DNA from: Camelus dromedarius
Taxonomy: Eukaryota
Direction of reading: 5' to 3'
NCBI RefSeq assembly: GCF_036321535.1
Contig: NC_087447.1
Span: 33,606,001-33,670,000, forward strand
DNA length: 64,000 bases
Below the pieces are notes generated by a model. The model saw only the letters and a program-made list of their open reading frames with translations, made no database searches and was not told where the DNA came from. The position numbers were made by a program, and so were the translations under genes. Positions 41,421 through 54,690 of the stretch are shown here, one piece after another; position 1 is the first letter of the stretch; each line of letters starts with the position of its first letter.

Positions 41421-43339
41421 AAAAGAATAAAAATCAGCACTAGGACCTACTCCTTTAATTAATGAGGATATTCACCAAATAGGCTACTTTCATTAGGAAG
41501 TATTAAAGCTACATCTATTTTACTGTCTTTCTCTAAAGAGTAGAACTCAGAAAAATGAATTCAGTTCATTAAGGATCCAAGCGACTGATATCTGGCTAGT
41601 CTTCCCTGCTAAAGTCCTGGTGTTCCTGTCTCCTAGCTCTGCTGGGCTGGAACCAGAGCCTAATCAAGGCCTTTAGAGGACATAGTTTTGGCAAATATAA
41701 TGATGTTCTGCTCCCCCCATGCCCATCCTTGCAATGCTCAATAAACTATAAAATAATTCAAATGAAAACAGTACTAAAACTGAAATTTTCTGATTTCTAC
41801 TTTTTTCATAATGACCACCTTGATGCTTTTCTGGTAAACAACACAGTCACTTCTTTCCTCTGCTCTCTTCTCTTCTCATTCTTTCAACAGCCCTGCTTTA
41901 CATTGCCTGTGTTGGGTGTAACTATTTAGTGATTCCTTGCCAAGTTTAAGTCTTCTGGGTTTATCCATCTGTCCAAAGTTGAGGTAGACCAGCTTTGTCA
42001 GAGAGGTCAGGTTCCAAACATATTCATTATTGGAAACAGAAGATTTCTAATACATGGGGTACCAGAGAATTGATATTTTATGTCTACAGAGTTAGTTAGA
42101 AAGAGTCTCTCTCTCTTTTTTGTTCTTGAATGTCCCTGTTTCTCCTGGCCTTCTGTTGCTGTCCTAGTTAGTGGGGGAGAAATCTGAGTTCAATGTCATG
42201 AAAACCTAGCAGGAATTCCCACAAGTAGAGCAGAACAGATGTTGCGAAGCTTTACTGTATAGGCAGTTGACGGAGTTATCTCAGGGCTATTGAGTTGAAT
42301 CTGAGTAAAATCCAGAAAGTGGGACCTTGAAAATTCAAGACCTGTTTACACCAGTGGGAGCTGCCAGGCAGCATAGATAGGTTTCTGGACCTCAAGATTT
42401 TGTCATTTGGTGGTGCCCTTGTACATTGGGTCTGGGGAGGCATGGATATTGGCACCAAATTTGGTACTGTTGGTTCTAGTAATCTGCAGCATTCCATATG
42501 GCATGAGACCACCTCAAATAGTGACCTGGGAGAGTCTAGCTCAGTCTACTGTCTTTGACAGACAACCCAGAGTTCATTTATCATGATGGCAGTTGTCTCC
42601 TGCGATGTCACCATTAGAGTTTAGAAATGATCCATGTTATCTTTTAAAATAATCTCTTAGGGTCTGCATTGTTTCCCAGTGCTTCTATGTTCTGTCTAAA
42701 CATATTCCTGGGTGGGGGTAACATGATAGAGTGAAAATAGGGCTTTAGAATTAGACAAGTCAAGAGTTTGAATCCAAGTTCAGTCACTTACTAGCTGTGT
42801 GTTCTTGGGCAGTTACTTACCCTCTGAGCCTTCCTTTTCAGTAAAATCGGGTTTCTGTAGTGACTTAATGAGGTAAAGCGTATGAAAGCTTCCAGTACAG
42901 TGCTTGGCACAGAGTGAGAGCTCTTCCTACCTTGAGACAGGTTTTTGCAGGTTTGATTGACACTATGCTCCCAGAGATGAAACAAAATGACTCCTTCCTC
43001 TAGATCTTAATATTACTGGATTTGTTGCCCAAATTTTATCCTCCCTATCTTTCTCAGTGGGACACGAGCTTTTTCTGGTGTCCTTTTGTGTTTTGCTTTT
43101 TGTTTTCTGTCTTTCTTAAAAGTGCCAGGCACAGTCATGACTCTTATGTCTTTGCACTTGTAATATCCTTTGCCTGAAATTCTCTTCCCTCCAGCGTGAA
43201 TTCCTAACTACACCCTTAGACTCATCGCCCAGAACGTATCTCCTCTCAGAGGCTTTTTATGAAGAGCTAGTATCTCCGTTTTCTCTGCTTCTCTAGCACG
43301 TGGTGTACTATATAGCTCCTTCCATGTGTCTTTTCTCCT

Positions 43340-43500
43340 ATGAAGCCACTTGCCACATGTGGCTATGTACCTTTAAATTAATTAAAATTAAATGTAAAAT
43401 TATATTCCTCAGTCATACTAACTACATTCTTAGTGCCCAAGAACTACTTGCATTGAATATTACCATCATTCTAGAACATTCTAGTAGACAGTGCAGTCCT
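43340..43500. mobile_element. MER3/MER33-like hAT fossil
   Basis: AGCCACTTGCCACATGTGGCTA...TTAAATTAATTAAAATTAAA. Confidence 0.6.
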
Positions 43501-43517
43501 AAATTGTGAAGCCTTCA

Positions 43518-43698
43518 GAACCTAGTTTCTTTCTTTCTTTTTTTTTCTTTCTTTCTTTCTACAATGTAAACTTCTTTTTTAGGGGGAGGTAATTAGGTTT
43601 ATATGTTTATTTATCTACTTAATGGAGGTCGTGGGGATGAACCCAGCACCTCATGCATGCTAAGCATGTGCTCTACCACTGAGCTATACCCTCACCCC
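43518..43698 (-). mobile_element. tRNA-derived SINE (vic-1-like)
   Basis: Same head; 17-bp TSD AAA(T/C)TGTGAAGCCTTCA (43501-43517 / 43699-43715). Confidence 0.9.
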
Positions 43699-43899
43699 AA
43701 ACTGTGAAGCCTTCAAAAGCAGGACAGCTTGATTTTTTAAAGCCTCTGTATTTTCACTTGTACTGACATACAGTAGGCCCTTAGTATTTTTGCATGAGTG
43801 AGTTAAAAATCACAAAATAGCCCCTTGATTTCTTATGTCACCTTACTACCCTCTGTAAATCATATTATTTTGTCTTTTTGTTTGTTTTCATTTTGGGGT

Positions 43900-44370
43900 T
43901 TTTTTTTGTGATTATAAAGATAATACATGCTCATTACAGAAAATTTGGAAAAGCCCAAAGAACATAAAAATATATATAGTCCCCATACCCCAAAATATAT
44001 TCTATTAATATTTTGGTGTCAGGTCTTCCAGACTTCCATATGTATATAGTTTTTGTTTTTACAAAACTGAGATCATGCTGTTCATAGTCTTCTGTAATCT
44101 GCCTTTTTTCATTTATAACATATTGTTGATATAGCTCAGCCCCACTGCCACAAAATCTACTTTGTCATTTTTAATTGCTGCACAGATTTTCATGGGATGA
44201 ATACATCACAATTTAACTAATAATTATTGTACACTTGAATTGTTTCCAATATCCATTATAAATACAACTGCATTATCTACCTCTGTATCTTTGCTCACAT
44301 CTTTAATTTGGATTCTTCATGTAGATTCTTAAACATGGAATTACAGTTTAAAAGAATTGCACATTTTTGA
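43900..44370 (-). mobile_element. Old L1ME-like fragment
   Basis: TAATACATGCTCATTACAGAAAATTTGGAAA...TGTTTCCAAT...GGAATTAC motifs. Confidence 0.6.
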
Positions 44371-46650
44371 GAATTGGAGCCATCTTATTTGGACTAGCTT
44401 TGTTTTTGTTTTTCTCATGTTTGCCTCAATACATAGACCTGGAGCTGTGCATCCAGATGTAACCCAGCTCTGAGCAGAGGGTGACAGTGCTCTGAGGTTT
44501 GTTTCCATCCCTCTCCCCAGTGATACCCAGTAATCTGTGAATACCTCTGGTTATTAAAAGAAAAAAAGCCAAGGGAACAAAAAGCCATAGTATGTTTCCA
44601 TAAACATAAACCAGCTTTCTCTTTAGTATAAAGGAGATTTTTTAATGGAGAGAATACTACTTGGCAAATACAAATATTTGCAATTGTCAGTATGCACAAA
44701 ATCCAAATTTTATAACTATTAGGACCAAACAAATAAGCCCATCTGTTTACACAGGGTATAATTAAACAGTTGTGAGAAATAATGCAAACATTGTTAAAAT
44801 GTGCAGGATTTGTGACTGCTTCCTCTGCAGGGGAAATGCCTCATTCAGGGCTCGCTCTGGTTTCTGCAGATTACATGGATGATGACATGTTTTTCCAAGT
44901 CATTAACTTGGGCACAGCTTTGGGGCCAAATGAGAAGCAACATCCAAACCATTCTAAGAGTCTGGGTGATTGGTGGAGCTGACAAAGGAAACACCCTCTG
45001 TCATTCACCACTGTGGGAGCATTTGGGGAGTGTGAATGCCTGTGACGACTCATGGTTCAGTGATTCCATTGTTTCACGAAGGCCTGGTTTCACTGATACT
45101 AAGAGAAAAAGGTGAACTGTGCCCCGACATGGGTTATTCAGGTGACACTGTCACTGACATTTCCAATGTATTTTTTTTCCCTTTAGAAATTTATTCTGTT
45201 TTTTTGTATTAAAAAAAATTTTTTTGTATATTACATTATAGAAAAATACAAGCAAAAAGAACATATACATCGTCTCACCAGGACACTTGCTTACAAGGGA
45301 AAGAAACCCAACTCAAAAGTAGCTGGAGCTCCAGGTACCAAGTCATGGTACCTTGGTCAAGGTCAAAACGGAGCTGACCTCAAGGTGGGCTGGATCCTCT
45401 CTCTGAGTCTTGGACTCTGTTGGCCCATCTGTCACATGTTTTCACTCTCGTGTTGTAAAAGTCGTGCCACCAGAATTCCGGACCCCTGTACTCATGGATT
45501 ACCATCCAAGGGGAAAGAGAGCTACATCTCTACCGTAGTTTGGGGAGTTTGGGGAAAGGACTCAAACAGGCCACACCCTGAGACAAGGTAGATTATTTGG
45601 GAGGGGGCCCAGGAAGCACAGGGGAAGAAGCCAGGAAAGTTAGACAGATGGAGGATGAGTCAGTAGAGGGTGAGTCGCCACTGTGGGCGACTGGAGTTCA
45701 GGCCCACTGGGTCCCTCTGAGAAACCATGTGGAACACAAGTCAGAATTCTCCCACCAGGGGACAGGGAAGCTAGGAGGTGATTTGTCCACAGACTCCCAC
45801 TCCTGACTGGCTGAGGATTGTGCCTGAGGATGTTAGCCCCCAGCTCTTGCAAGGGCTCTGCCCTTGGGCTGAGCAGGTTTCTGAAGTATTGGAAAAAAGT
45901 CTCAGATAGAGGAACAGAGAGATGTGGGTGTCTGAGGGGGAAACTGTCAGTAGGCCAGGAATTGCCCAGCCCTTCTGCAGGTCAGCTCAGAGACAGCACA
46001 GGGTGGTGCGGACAGGGCATCAACAGCACTTCAGTTTGGTCCCACTCAGACCAGTCCCACAGGACGCTGACTAGTCCAGACGGGGTCCCTTTCTTAGGCA
46101 GCGTGCTGTGGGTGGAAGCCCGATCCAAACCAGGTGGAGGAGGGCAGAAATTTCCCAAAGGAAAGGTGGGATAGTCAATTAGACTTACCAGAGTAAGTGC
46201 AGGAGAGATGATGGACACCATCATCATCATCATCATCAAAGATAGTCACTTCTAAACTTCAACTCATTTACAGGGTTGTAACTATGTTTTGATAACTATC
46301 CTTCCAGATTACATCTATTGATGCATTTTTCCTTCCAAACTGGGAACTCACCATCTATGTATTTTATACTTTCATTTTTTCTTAACAGTATGCAATCACT
46401 TCAATATATAGTGAACACTTTACCTTACATGAATGTTACAGAAATACATAAAATATGTCAGTAAATATATTTTGAAACTTTTGTACTCAACAACTTGATT
46501 AAAAGTAGACTGGGGGAATGAATATTTGAAATCCCCGGTAGCCTCTCTGTCCAGAGAAAGAAGTTTTAGTGGTAGAACCGTGGGCATCAGAGGAAGCCAT
46601 GTAATAAAGAATGCCAAGTTTTGAGTCATAGGGCTTGGGGTTTGAATTCT

Positions 46651-46885
46651 TTCTTTATTTTTTTAATATATTTCTTTTTTTTGAATATCCATTGTAAGCC
46701 AGGCGCTTTATTTGTATTTTGTCCAACTATTTTAATTTTTTAATTTTTATTATTTTGTATTTTTTATATTTGGGGGGGTAATTAAGTTTATTTACTTATT
46801 TATTTTTTAACGGTGGTACTGGGAATCGAACCCAGGACCTTGTGCATGCTAAGCATACACTCCAACACTAAGCTATACCCTCCCC
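46651..46885 (-). mobile_element. tRNA-derived SINE (vic-1-like) inserted into a MIR
   Basis: Same head; TSD TTGAATTCT (46642-46650 / 46890-46898); long 3' extension. Confidence 0.88.
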
Positions 46886-49559
46886 TGCCTTGAATTCTAA
46901 TTCTTATTACTAGGCATGTGACTTTGGTCTATTTATTTAATCTTACAAAACCTCATATCTTAACTTACACATAATAAATGCTAAACAAAATGGGAGCTAA
47001 ACAGCTCCCATTACTGTCATCTGTAAAATGAGGACCATCACCCTTTTTACCAACAGCATGGTTTTAAGACCTGAATTAGGTCATGCAGGTAATATGCCCA
47101 GAAGAGAGCAGAAGACAGAGTAGGTGTTTAATTCACAATAGCTCTTGTTACTGTGGTCCCTTAACTTTATTTTAAGGTGGACTTCCCTGCCAGGCAAAGA
47201 TGCTGGGCACCATGGTGATCAAAGGAGTGCCTTATGCCAAAGCTCAATGATTTTTACTTGGCCAACCACTCCTCTGAAATTCCACCAATTCAAAATTCAT
47301 TTAGTATCACAGCCAAGTTTTTCTTTAATTTAACATACTCCTAGAATAACTAATTACACTTCTGCATCCTGGTGTAAACTTTATCACATGGCTTTCCTCC
47401 TTACAGCTAGCTGACACGGGCAGGATCCTTACACAGAAACCCGAGGCAGAGAGAGAAGGGATGGAGAGGCAGTGCTGTACCATAGCCTGTCTTGGTTGAG
47501 GTCCCCAACAGTGGAGAGATGTGTGTTGCCAGAAGAGAACATGATGTTTCTGGACCTCAGAGCTGTCAGAAGAGAGGAACCAGGAGGTATGAAGATGCCT
47601 GAGAAAGGTAAACTTTCTCCAGGGTTTTTCAACTACTTTCAACCACCACTTCCCTAGAATCACTACTAAGAAAGAATGAATTTGTTCCAGTTAGTTCGAA
47701 CTGAGTTCCAGTTTCCCATCTTTTCCCATGGCTGTGGAAGGAAATGCTCTAAATTAGGTATCAGACACCTTGAGTCTAGCACCAGTGAATTGTGCAGCCT
47801 TGGATAAATTACTAGCTTGTCGGAGACTCACTTTCTGCAGTTTTTAAGGAGGTAATAAATCTTGCTGGGGCCTGATTCTCAAAGCTGAGGTGAAGGTCAA
47901 ATAAGATAATGGAATGGAGAGAGGTAAGTAAATGGTAAAATACCATGCAATCAGAGGAATGTGACTATCTCCCATTCCACTGTTCACGGGCCCGAGGCCC
48001 ACCGATCTGTGCTGAATCACACAGGTGTCCGTGTGTGTGTATGTGTGTGTGTGTGAGCGCGCATGCATGTGTCATGCAGGTAATATGCCCAGGAGAGAGC
48101 AGAGTAGGGTGTTTCTTAAAGAAAAGCTTAATTAAGGTCACTTATCTAAGGAATGGGCCATTGACAGGCCCAGAATGAGAAAAAGATGAGGCAATCTGTT
48201 GGCTGTATTCCCATGATTTGTTATCTTCTTTTTCCATAATAATTAAGTTTAGCTAGTCATGTGGCAACTCAATTAAAGATGACATATCCAAGCCTTCCTT
48301 ACAGCTCCGTGAGCCCCTGTCACTAAATTCTGGCCAAATGGGACATAAGCAAATGATGTGTGACCTCCTCCTGCTAGTTAAGAGATGAGGAGATGTGGCC
48401 ACCACTTTGGACCTATAAGGAAGAGCACAAGTTGCCTACTAACCTATTACCTCTAATCTCTCAACTAGGACATAAAGACAAACAAGTCTTATGTACATTA
48501 ATTTGCTGACAATTGGGGCCTGTTTGTTACAGCAGCTCAGACTTTACCCTAACTAATGTACCAGGCATCCCATACAACATCTACATGCCCCGGCTGGGAG
48601 CAAGAGTCCTGTGTCAAATTGAGGCAGTGCCCATGCCACCGACTCAAGGATTCCTTGCCTCCTTGATTTACTGGAAGACCAATGAGCCATTTTTCTTGAA
48701 AGCTGTATCTGTCAGCCTGGCCTGCCAAGGTCATGCACAGGAGGCAAGCAGCGTCTGTCTCAGATTGAGGGCAGAGCATGAGTCCCACCACTACATTATT
48801 CTGTGCTGCTGTTGAGCTAGGTTCCCAGAGGCAGAGTGGAGTATATGCTCATTAGTCGCACCCCACCCATAGTGATAATAGGTCTTCGCATGACTGCTAG
48901 GATCTAGACACTGAGTTTGATACTTTATATCCTCAGCCTTAAGGTACGTGGTATTTTTCAGACCAAGAAGTAGTCTCAGAGAGGCTGAGGGAGTGCCCTG
49001 AGGCAACACAGAGCCTAGATGGTATCAAGGCAGATCTGACTCATTCTACAGCCTGTGCTTCCTCTACTATATGCACTGCTTCAATGAAGCAGCCCACCTC
49101 CAAATGGTTTCACGTTGCTGAGCAAAGCTGGCACCTGCCTACTGAGATGAGAACCCAAGGGCCTGGAAGCCCCTTTCCATGACCATTCACTATCTGCTGC
49201 TCACCTTCTGGGCTTCCACCCTTTAAGAGGGTTTTAATCTTTGTGAGCACGTGTACCTGTGCATGCACGAGTGTGTGTGCTGGATACTTGCGACAGCTGA
49301 TTAAAGCTCTGGAAACACCCACACTGTTATGGGTTGAATTGTGTCCCCCACTCCCACCCCCCCCCAAATAAAAACATGTTGGGAAACTAATACACAACTA
49401 AATATATGCATTTACTCACAGAATTTTACACACAAATTCTGGGAATTCATAATTCACCCCAGAACCTCCATAGGTCCCAATTAAATGACGTTTGCAAAGT
49501 TCTATTTCCTGAAAGCCTTCCAATGCTGGGAATAACGAAAATACTAATAATAAAAAAAA

Positions 49560-50135
49560 GCATTTAGGCCCCACCTGGATAATTCAAGATAATCTCACTA
49601 TCTCAAAATTCTTCATCATATCCGCAAAGTCTCTCTCTCTCATCATATGATAATGTTAATAGTGTCCAGGGATGGGGATATGGATATATTTGGCAGGGGG
49701 CATATTTCAGCCTACTGTTATCTGTCCTCTGGGCCCCTAAGAGTCACATCTGTCCCACAGGCTAAATACATTCACCGCATCCCTACATTCCCCCAAATTT
49801 CAACCCATTTGAGCATCAATTCATCCAAAACTCTCATCGAAATATAAGCAGTTCGAAAGTCCCAAATCTCATCATTTTAATCCTCTAAATCAAGTAAGGG
49901 TGAGACTCTGTAGGACACATCCTAGGCCAAAATTCCTCTCCATCTGTGTACTTATGAAATTAGAAAACAAGTTATCTGTTTCCAAAATACAGTGGTGGGC
50001 AGTTACAGACATTCCCATTCCAAATGGAAGAAAATGGAAGGAATAAGAAGTCACCTTGCAAAACTGCAAAACCCAACAGAGCAAATTCCACTAGGTTTCA
50101 AGGCCTGGGAGTGATTCTCTGTGGCTGGGGGCTCT
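49560..50135 (-). mobile_element. MaLR LTR plus internal fragment
   Basis: GGCCCCACCTGGATAATTCAAGATAATCTC (MLT1 LTR) followed by MLT-int-like AAACAAGTTATCTGTTTCCAAAATACAGTGG. Confidence 0.6.
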
Positions 50136-50321
50136 GCTCTGACTTGAGGAGGTGCTATCAGTATGTTCACTTTACAGATAAGAAATAGGAGGTAAAGCAA
50201 CGTGCAGAAGATCATACAGCCAGTGAGAGGCGGACGAGGGTGGTGTTCCCAGCAGTCTGACTGCAGGGCCTACCTCCACAGAGGTTCTCTGGGCTTCCAG
50301 AGAGTCCCAGAAAGGTATGAG

Positions 50322-50590
50322 ACTATGGTTACCATAAGGGAAAGGACAGGGGAGGGATAAATTAAGAGTTTGGGATTAATATATACACATTACTATATAT
50401 AAAAGAGATAAACAAGGATCTACTGTATAGCTGAACTATATTCCATTTCTTATAATAACCTATAATGAAAAAGAATCTGAAAAGAAAAAATATATATGTA
50501 TGTATATGTGTAACTGAATCGCTTTGCTGTACACCTGAAACTAACATTGTAAATCAACTATACTTCAATAAAAAGTAAAATAAAAAAGAA
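50322..50590 (+). mobile_element. LINE-1 3' end (5'-truncated)
   Basis: GGGAGGGATAAATT...GCTGTACACCTGAAACTAACATTGTAAATCAACTATACTTCAATAAAA plus A tail, typical of laurasiatherian L1 3' UTRs. Confidence 0.85.
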
Positions 50591-50715
50591 ACATACGGGG
50601 GATTTGGTTGTTGTTGCCAATTTAAAATACCTGCCTAATTACATAGTCTTTAAAAATACTTCTAGGGCAAGTGACACACATGTGCCAGGTGTCCTTTATA
50701 CCCCCTGCCTACACT

Positions 50716-50848
50716 TTTTTTTTTATATTTTTTTATTGAGTTATAGTCATTTTACAATGTTGTGTCAAATTCCAGTGTAGAGCACAATTTTTCAGCTATA
50801 CAAGAACATATATATATTCATTGTTAACATTTTTTTTCTCGCTGTGAG
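50716..50848 (-). mobile_element. Young 5'-truncated LINE-1 3' end
   Basis: Poly-T plus L1 3' terminal sequence, flanked by a perfect 15-bp TSD CCCCCTGCCTACACT (50701-50715 / 50849-50863). Confidence 0.85.
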
Positions 50849-53489
50849 CCCCCTGCCTACACTCTTTTTTTGTGGTTATCTTTTGGATCAAAACCAGGAA
50901 ATCATGAGCACTTGGATGGAAGACCCCTGAAAAAACGGAAGAATTTTGGCAATGAGTCCAGAAAACCTTCCCATGCTGGTCATGCACATTCTGTGAGTTT
51001 CCAGGCCGGTTGAGGGGCTGGGCTTTGGAGTCAGACCTAGTTTGAGGTCCTAGCTCAGCCACTTATCAGCCCCGTGGCCGCAGGTAAGTTATTTTTAACC
51101 TCTCTAAGCTTTAGTTTCCTTTTTTGCAAATGATGCAATAATAGAACCTACTGAGTTTGCTGGGAGTGAATGAGGTAATGGTGTATGTAAAGGGCTTAGC
51201 ATGATCCTTGCCAGATGTGAGCTGTTGCTGTTATTATGGTGGTGGTGGTTGTTACCTCTCTGTTGTGGAGTGGTTTCTGGAGCTGACATCCTCCCACCAA
51301 GGTAGTTTAAAGTCTGATTGATCCAGAGGCTACAAATCTTTTTAAAATACATTTTGTAAAAAATGCCTCATGTGGCTTTAGCTCTGTGTTACCCAAAGTA
51401 TCAAATTCCTGTGCCCTTCTTCACATTCTTCTGAAAAAGAATAAGTGGGAATATTAAATAAATTCCATTTTCATCCTTAGAGATCTCACTACAATGCATA
51501 CTTTCCCCCTTTTCTCTCCTCTTTCCCTTAGATCTTTGTGTGATGAGAAAAAAAAAAAACCTTTAGGGAAGAAAAAGTTAGCAGATTCATGAACTAATTT
51601 TCCAATTACTGAGCTTCTGCAAAGAAAGAAGCCATAATTGCTCAAAGTGAATGGAAAAGAAAGAGATAAGAAAGTAAATTATCACCCAGATCGATGACAG
51701 CAGCTTTCTGAAGACCCAAGGAGTATTTTCTCCGGTCTTACTTGTCAGCAGACATGAAGGAATAAAACTGCACACTCACCAGAAAATACTTGTAGGCAAT
51801 CATTCATGTGCTAGACTTTCCTTGCCTACTTTTACACAAATACACACACACACTAAAAAAAATAACTTTGTCATGAGGTTCCAGCCCAAGTGAAGCATAA
51901 GAATGAGTTGAAAGTCCAGAGAGTGGGGAGCTGCCCTGTTAACAGTGTGAGTGGGAAGAAAAAGCACAGTGAATCAAATTGAAACAAGAAAGATCCTGGG
52001 GGAACGATTATCTGGAATCAGTGTGCTTTGATTCATCGTTATTTCCCACATTCTTTGATTACAGACTCCATCTTTAGAAGGCCAGATTTGGACAAGGCCA
52101 AGGCAAAATGAACGCTACGGACAACTGGCCCAACACAGACTGCTGAATATCTCTTGGCTGATCTAGTGATTTTTTTCTTGATTGAGTGAAGTGGGATGGA
52201 GGCGCTTTATGAGCACCAGTGATGGGAATTTTTCCTGCCTTCTAGAACTAAGCTGCTGATTTGTAACTGCTTCCCTGGCTTCATGTGAAAAAAAAAAAAG
52301 CCATCCCAACTGGGTTAATATTCGACTTGGTTTACTTTTTGTACACTGTTCATACTGTGTGATGTATGTTTATTTATTCAGTGTACACGTAGTGGGCAGT
52401 ATCTCTAGCCCAGTTATCCCTGAGAATGCAGTAAACCTGGCAGATGCACCTCTGCATTCATTAACCTCGTTCATACAATGAATGAAATTCATTCATTAAT
52501 CTATCAGGGAAGAAGGCTATTAAGCTAGTGTGAGAGTCTGATGAAGCTTGTGTTAGTAACAGCAAACATGAACTGAATGATTATCAGGAGCCAGATACAA
52601 AGTACATTACATACATTAACTCATTTAATCCCTATGACAATTAGATAAGGTTAGTAATATTCTCACCCCCACTTAAACAGATGAGGAAACTGAGGCACAG
52701 AGAGGATAAATAAGCTGTCTAAGGTTACCAACTTGTAGGCAGTAGACCTGGGCTATGAATCTAGACAGTCTGGCTTCAGAGCTGGTGCTTTTAGTCATTA
52801 TGCTACTAAGTAAAGCAGCGCTAGGTGTGCAGAGTCAGGGAAGGGAGTTCTTTTGTCTGGTGCTGATAGTACAGGTGGTGCCCTGCTGGGTCCTGAAGGA
52901 TGAGCAGGATTCAGCCCAGGAAGGTAGGTACATCCAGCATAAACACTTCCAGCCTCAAGTAATGCCCAGTGATCAGTGGAATAAATGAAAAGGGGGTTAT
53001 TTTTCTACATAACAAAATGTCTGGGGCTAAGTGGTTTCTAGCATTGGTGCAGAGGCTCTATGAAGTCTGGGTTCCCGCCAGCATCCCTTTCTTTTCTCTT
53101 ACTGGTCTACAGCAGGTCCAATTTCTGGGGCAGAAAGCTAGGGGAGCACAGGGTTGAGAGTTTTGGCTGGCATACCTTCCTCTTACCAGGAAGGGAAAAC
53201 CTTTCCACATGTTCCATAGAGACTTCCTCTTACAAATAATTAGCCAGAACCAGGTCAGATGCCCACCTCTACACCAGGGTGAATGCTCACTTTCCCTGAG
53301 ACCAAGGGATTTCCAGAATTCTGTTGGCAAAAATAAAAGAGTTTTGAGTAAGCAGCCAACAGGGTTTGGCAGAGGGAATCCAATGTGCAAAAACTTCACA
53401 GAAAACCAGAGCATGACAAAAACAAGGGGTGGGAAGAGGCTCAGTATGGCTGGAGACAAGCCTGACAGTTGGCAAGAGGTGGGTCTGGG

Positions 53490-53820
53490 AAGACGAGACA
53501 CCAGAGCATGAAGGGCCATGCATGCCATCCTAAGGAGTTTATACTTTGTCATGTAGACAAAGGGAACTCAAAGGATTTGAGATGGCCAAGACCTGAGACA
53601 ATCTGTTTAGAAAGATCATTCTGGCAGCTCAGTGATGAATATTTGGGGGGAATAAGAAAGATGAGAGGCAGGGAACTAGTTGGGAAGATGCTGCAGTGGT
53701 CCAGGTGAGAGATGGTGTCCTGAGCTCCTGCAGAGGTATGGCAATGGAGAGAGGTGGACCGCCATATTTAGGAGGCAGAATCAAAGACAATGATTGGATT
53801 TGAGAGTGAGGGCCCAAACA
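53490..53820 (+). mobile_element. L2 LINE fragment
   Basis: TAAGGAGTTTATACTTT...TTTAGAAAGATCATTCTGGCAGC...GTGGTCCAGGTGAGAGATGG; strand is tentative. Confidence 0.65.
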
Positions 53821-54179
53821 GCATGAGGAGTACTGCTGATGAACATTGTCTGCATTTTCACCAATGAAAACAGCGATCATGAAAAGACAAGATTGCTGAA
53901 ACCAACCCTTGGGATTCAGGTTCACAATCATGACTTGGCAATTACTACAGAAGGAAATCCATTAGGTCCATTCATTTTTGGAAATTCCAATTTTTATTTC
54001 TATCTGTTATACATATACAGAGGTCACATCAAATATTTCCACAATAAGAAGCTGTGTGCCTTTGCCCCAACTCACCCCACTGCCCTCAAAAGAACACATT
54101 AGCTTCTCTAATGATACCATATTTTTTTTGTCTTGTATACATCCGTCTGTGAGCCTTCAATCCTCCTGCTTCAATGTGG

Positions 54180-54690
54180 ACTGGTTACTCTCTAAGGCTG
54201 TGCATCACTTAGCTGTTTCTGCATAATAAATCATCTAAAGTTTAGTGGTTAAAAACAACAATCATTTATTTAGCTCACAATTCTGCAGGTTGGCATCTGG
54301 GGCTGAATTCAGCTGGATGGTCCTCCTGGTCTTGGCTGGAGTCCCTCAGGCATCTGCAGTTCATGTACCTCTGCCCAGGGAGGTGGTGGAGAGCTGGCAT
54401 GCCTCATGATCTCTTATTCTCCAGAATGAAAGCCAAGACTTCATGGTGGAAATAAGAATCCAAAAGAGAGAAAAGGAAACATGCAAGGTGTCTTGAGGCT
54501 AGGACTGGAGCTGGCTCACCGTGACTCCTATCACATTTTATTGGCCAAACAAGTCACAAGGCCAACCCAGAATCAAGGAGAACAGAAATAGACTCCACAT
54601 ATTGATGGAAGAATCTGAAAAGTCACTCTGCAAAGATCATGGATACAGGAAGGTCACGAATTGGGGCTATCAACTCAATCAAGCATCCCA
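54180..54690 (-). mobile_element. MaLR LTR (MLT1-type)
   Basis: TAGTGGTTAAAAACAACAATCATTTATTTAGCTCACAATTCTGC...TTGGCCAAACAAGTCACAAGGCCA. Confidence 0.65.

Noticed and set aside
52477..52497. Palindrome AATGAATGAA-A-TTCATTCATT
   Set aside because: Low-complexity (AATG)n tracts typical of L2 tails; too short for a miRNA-type hairpin.
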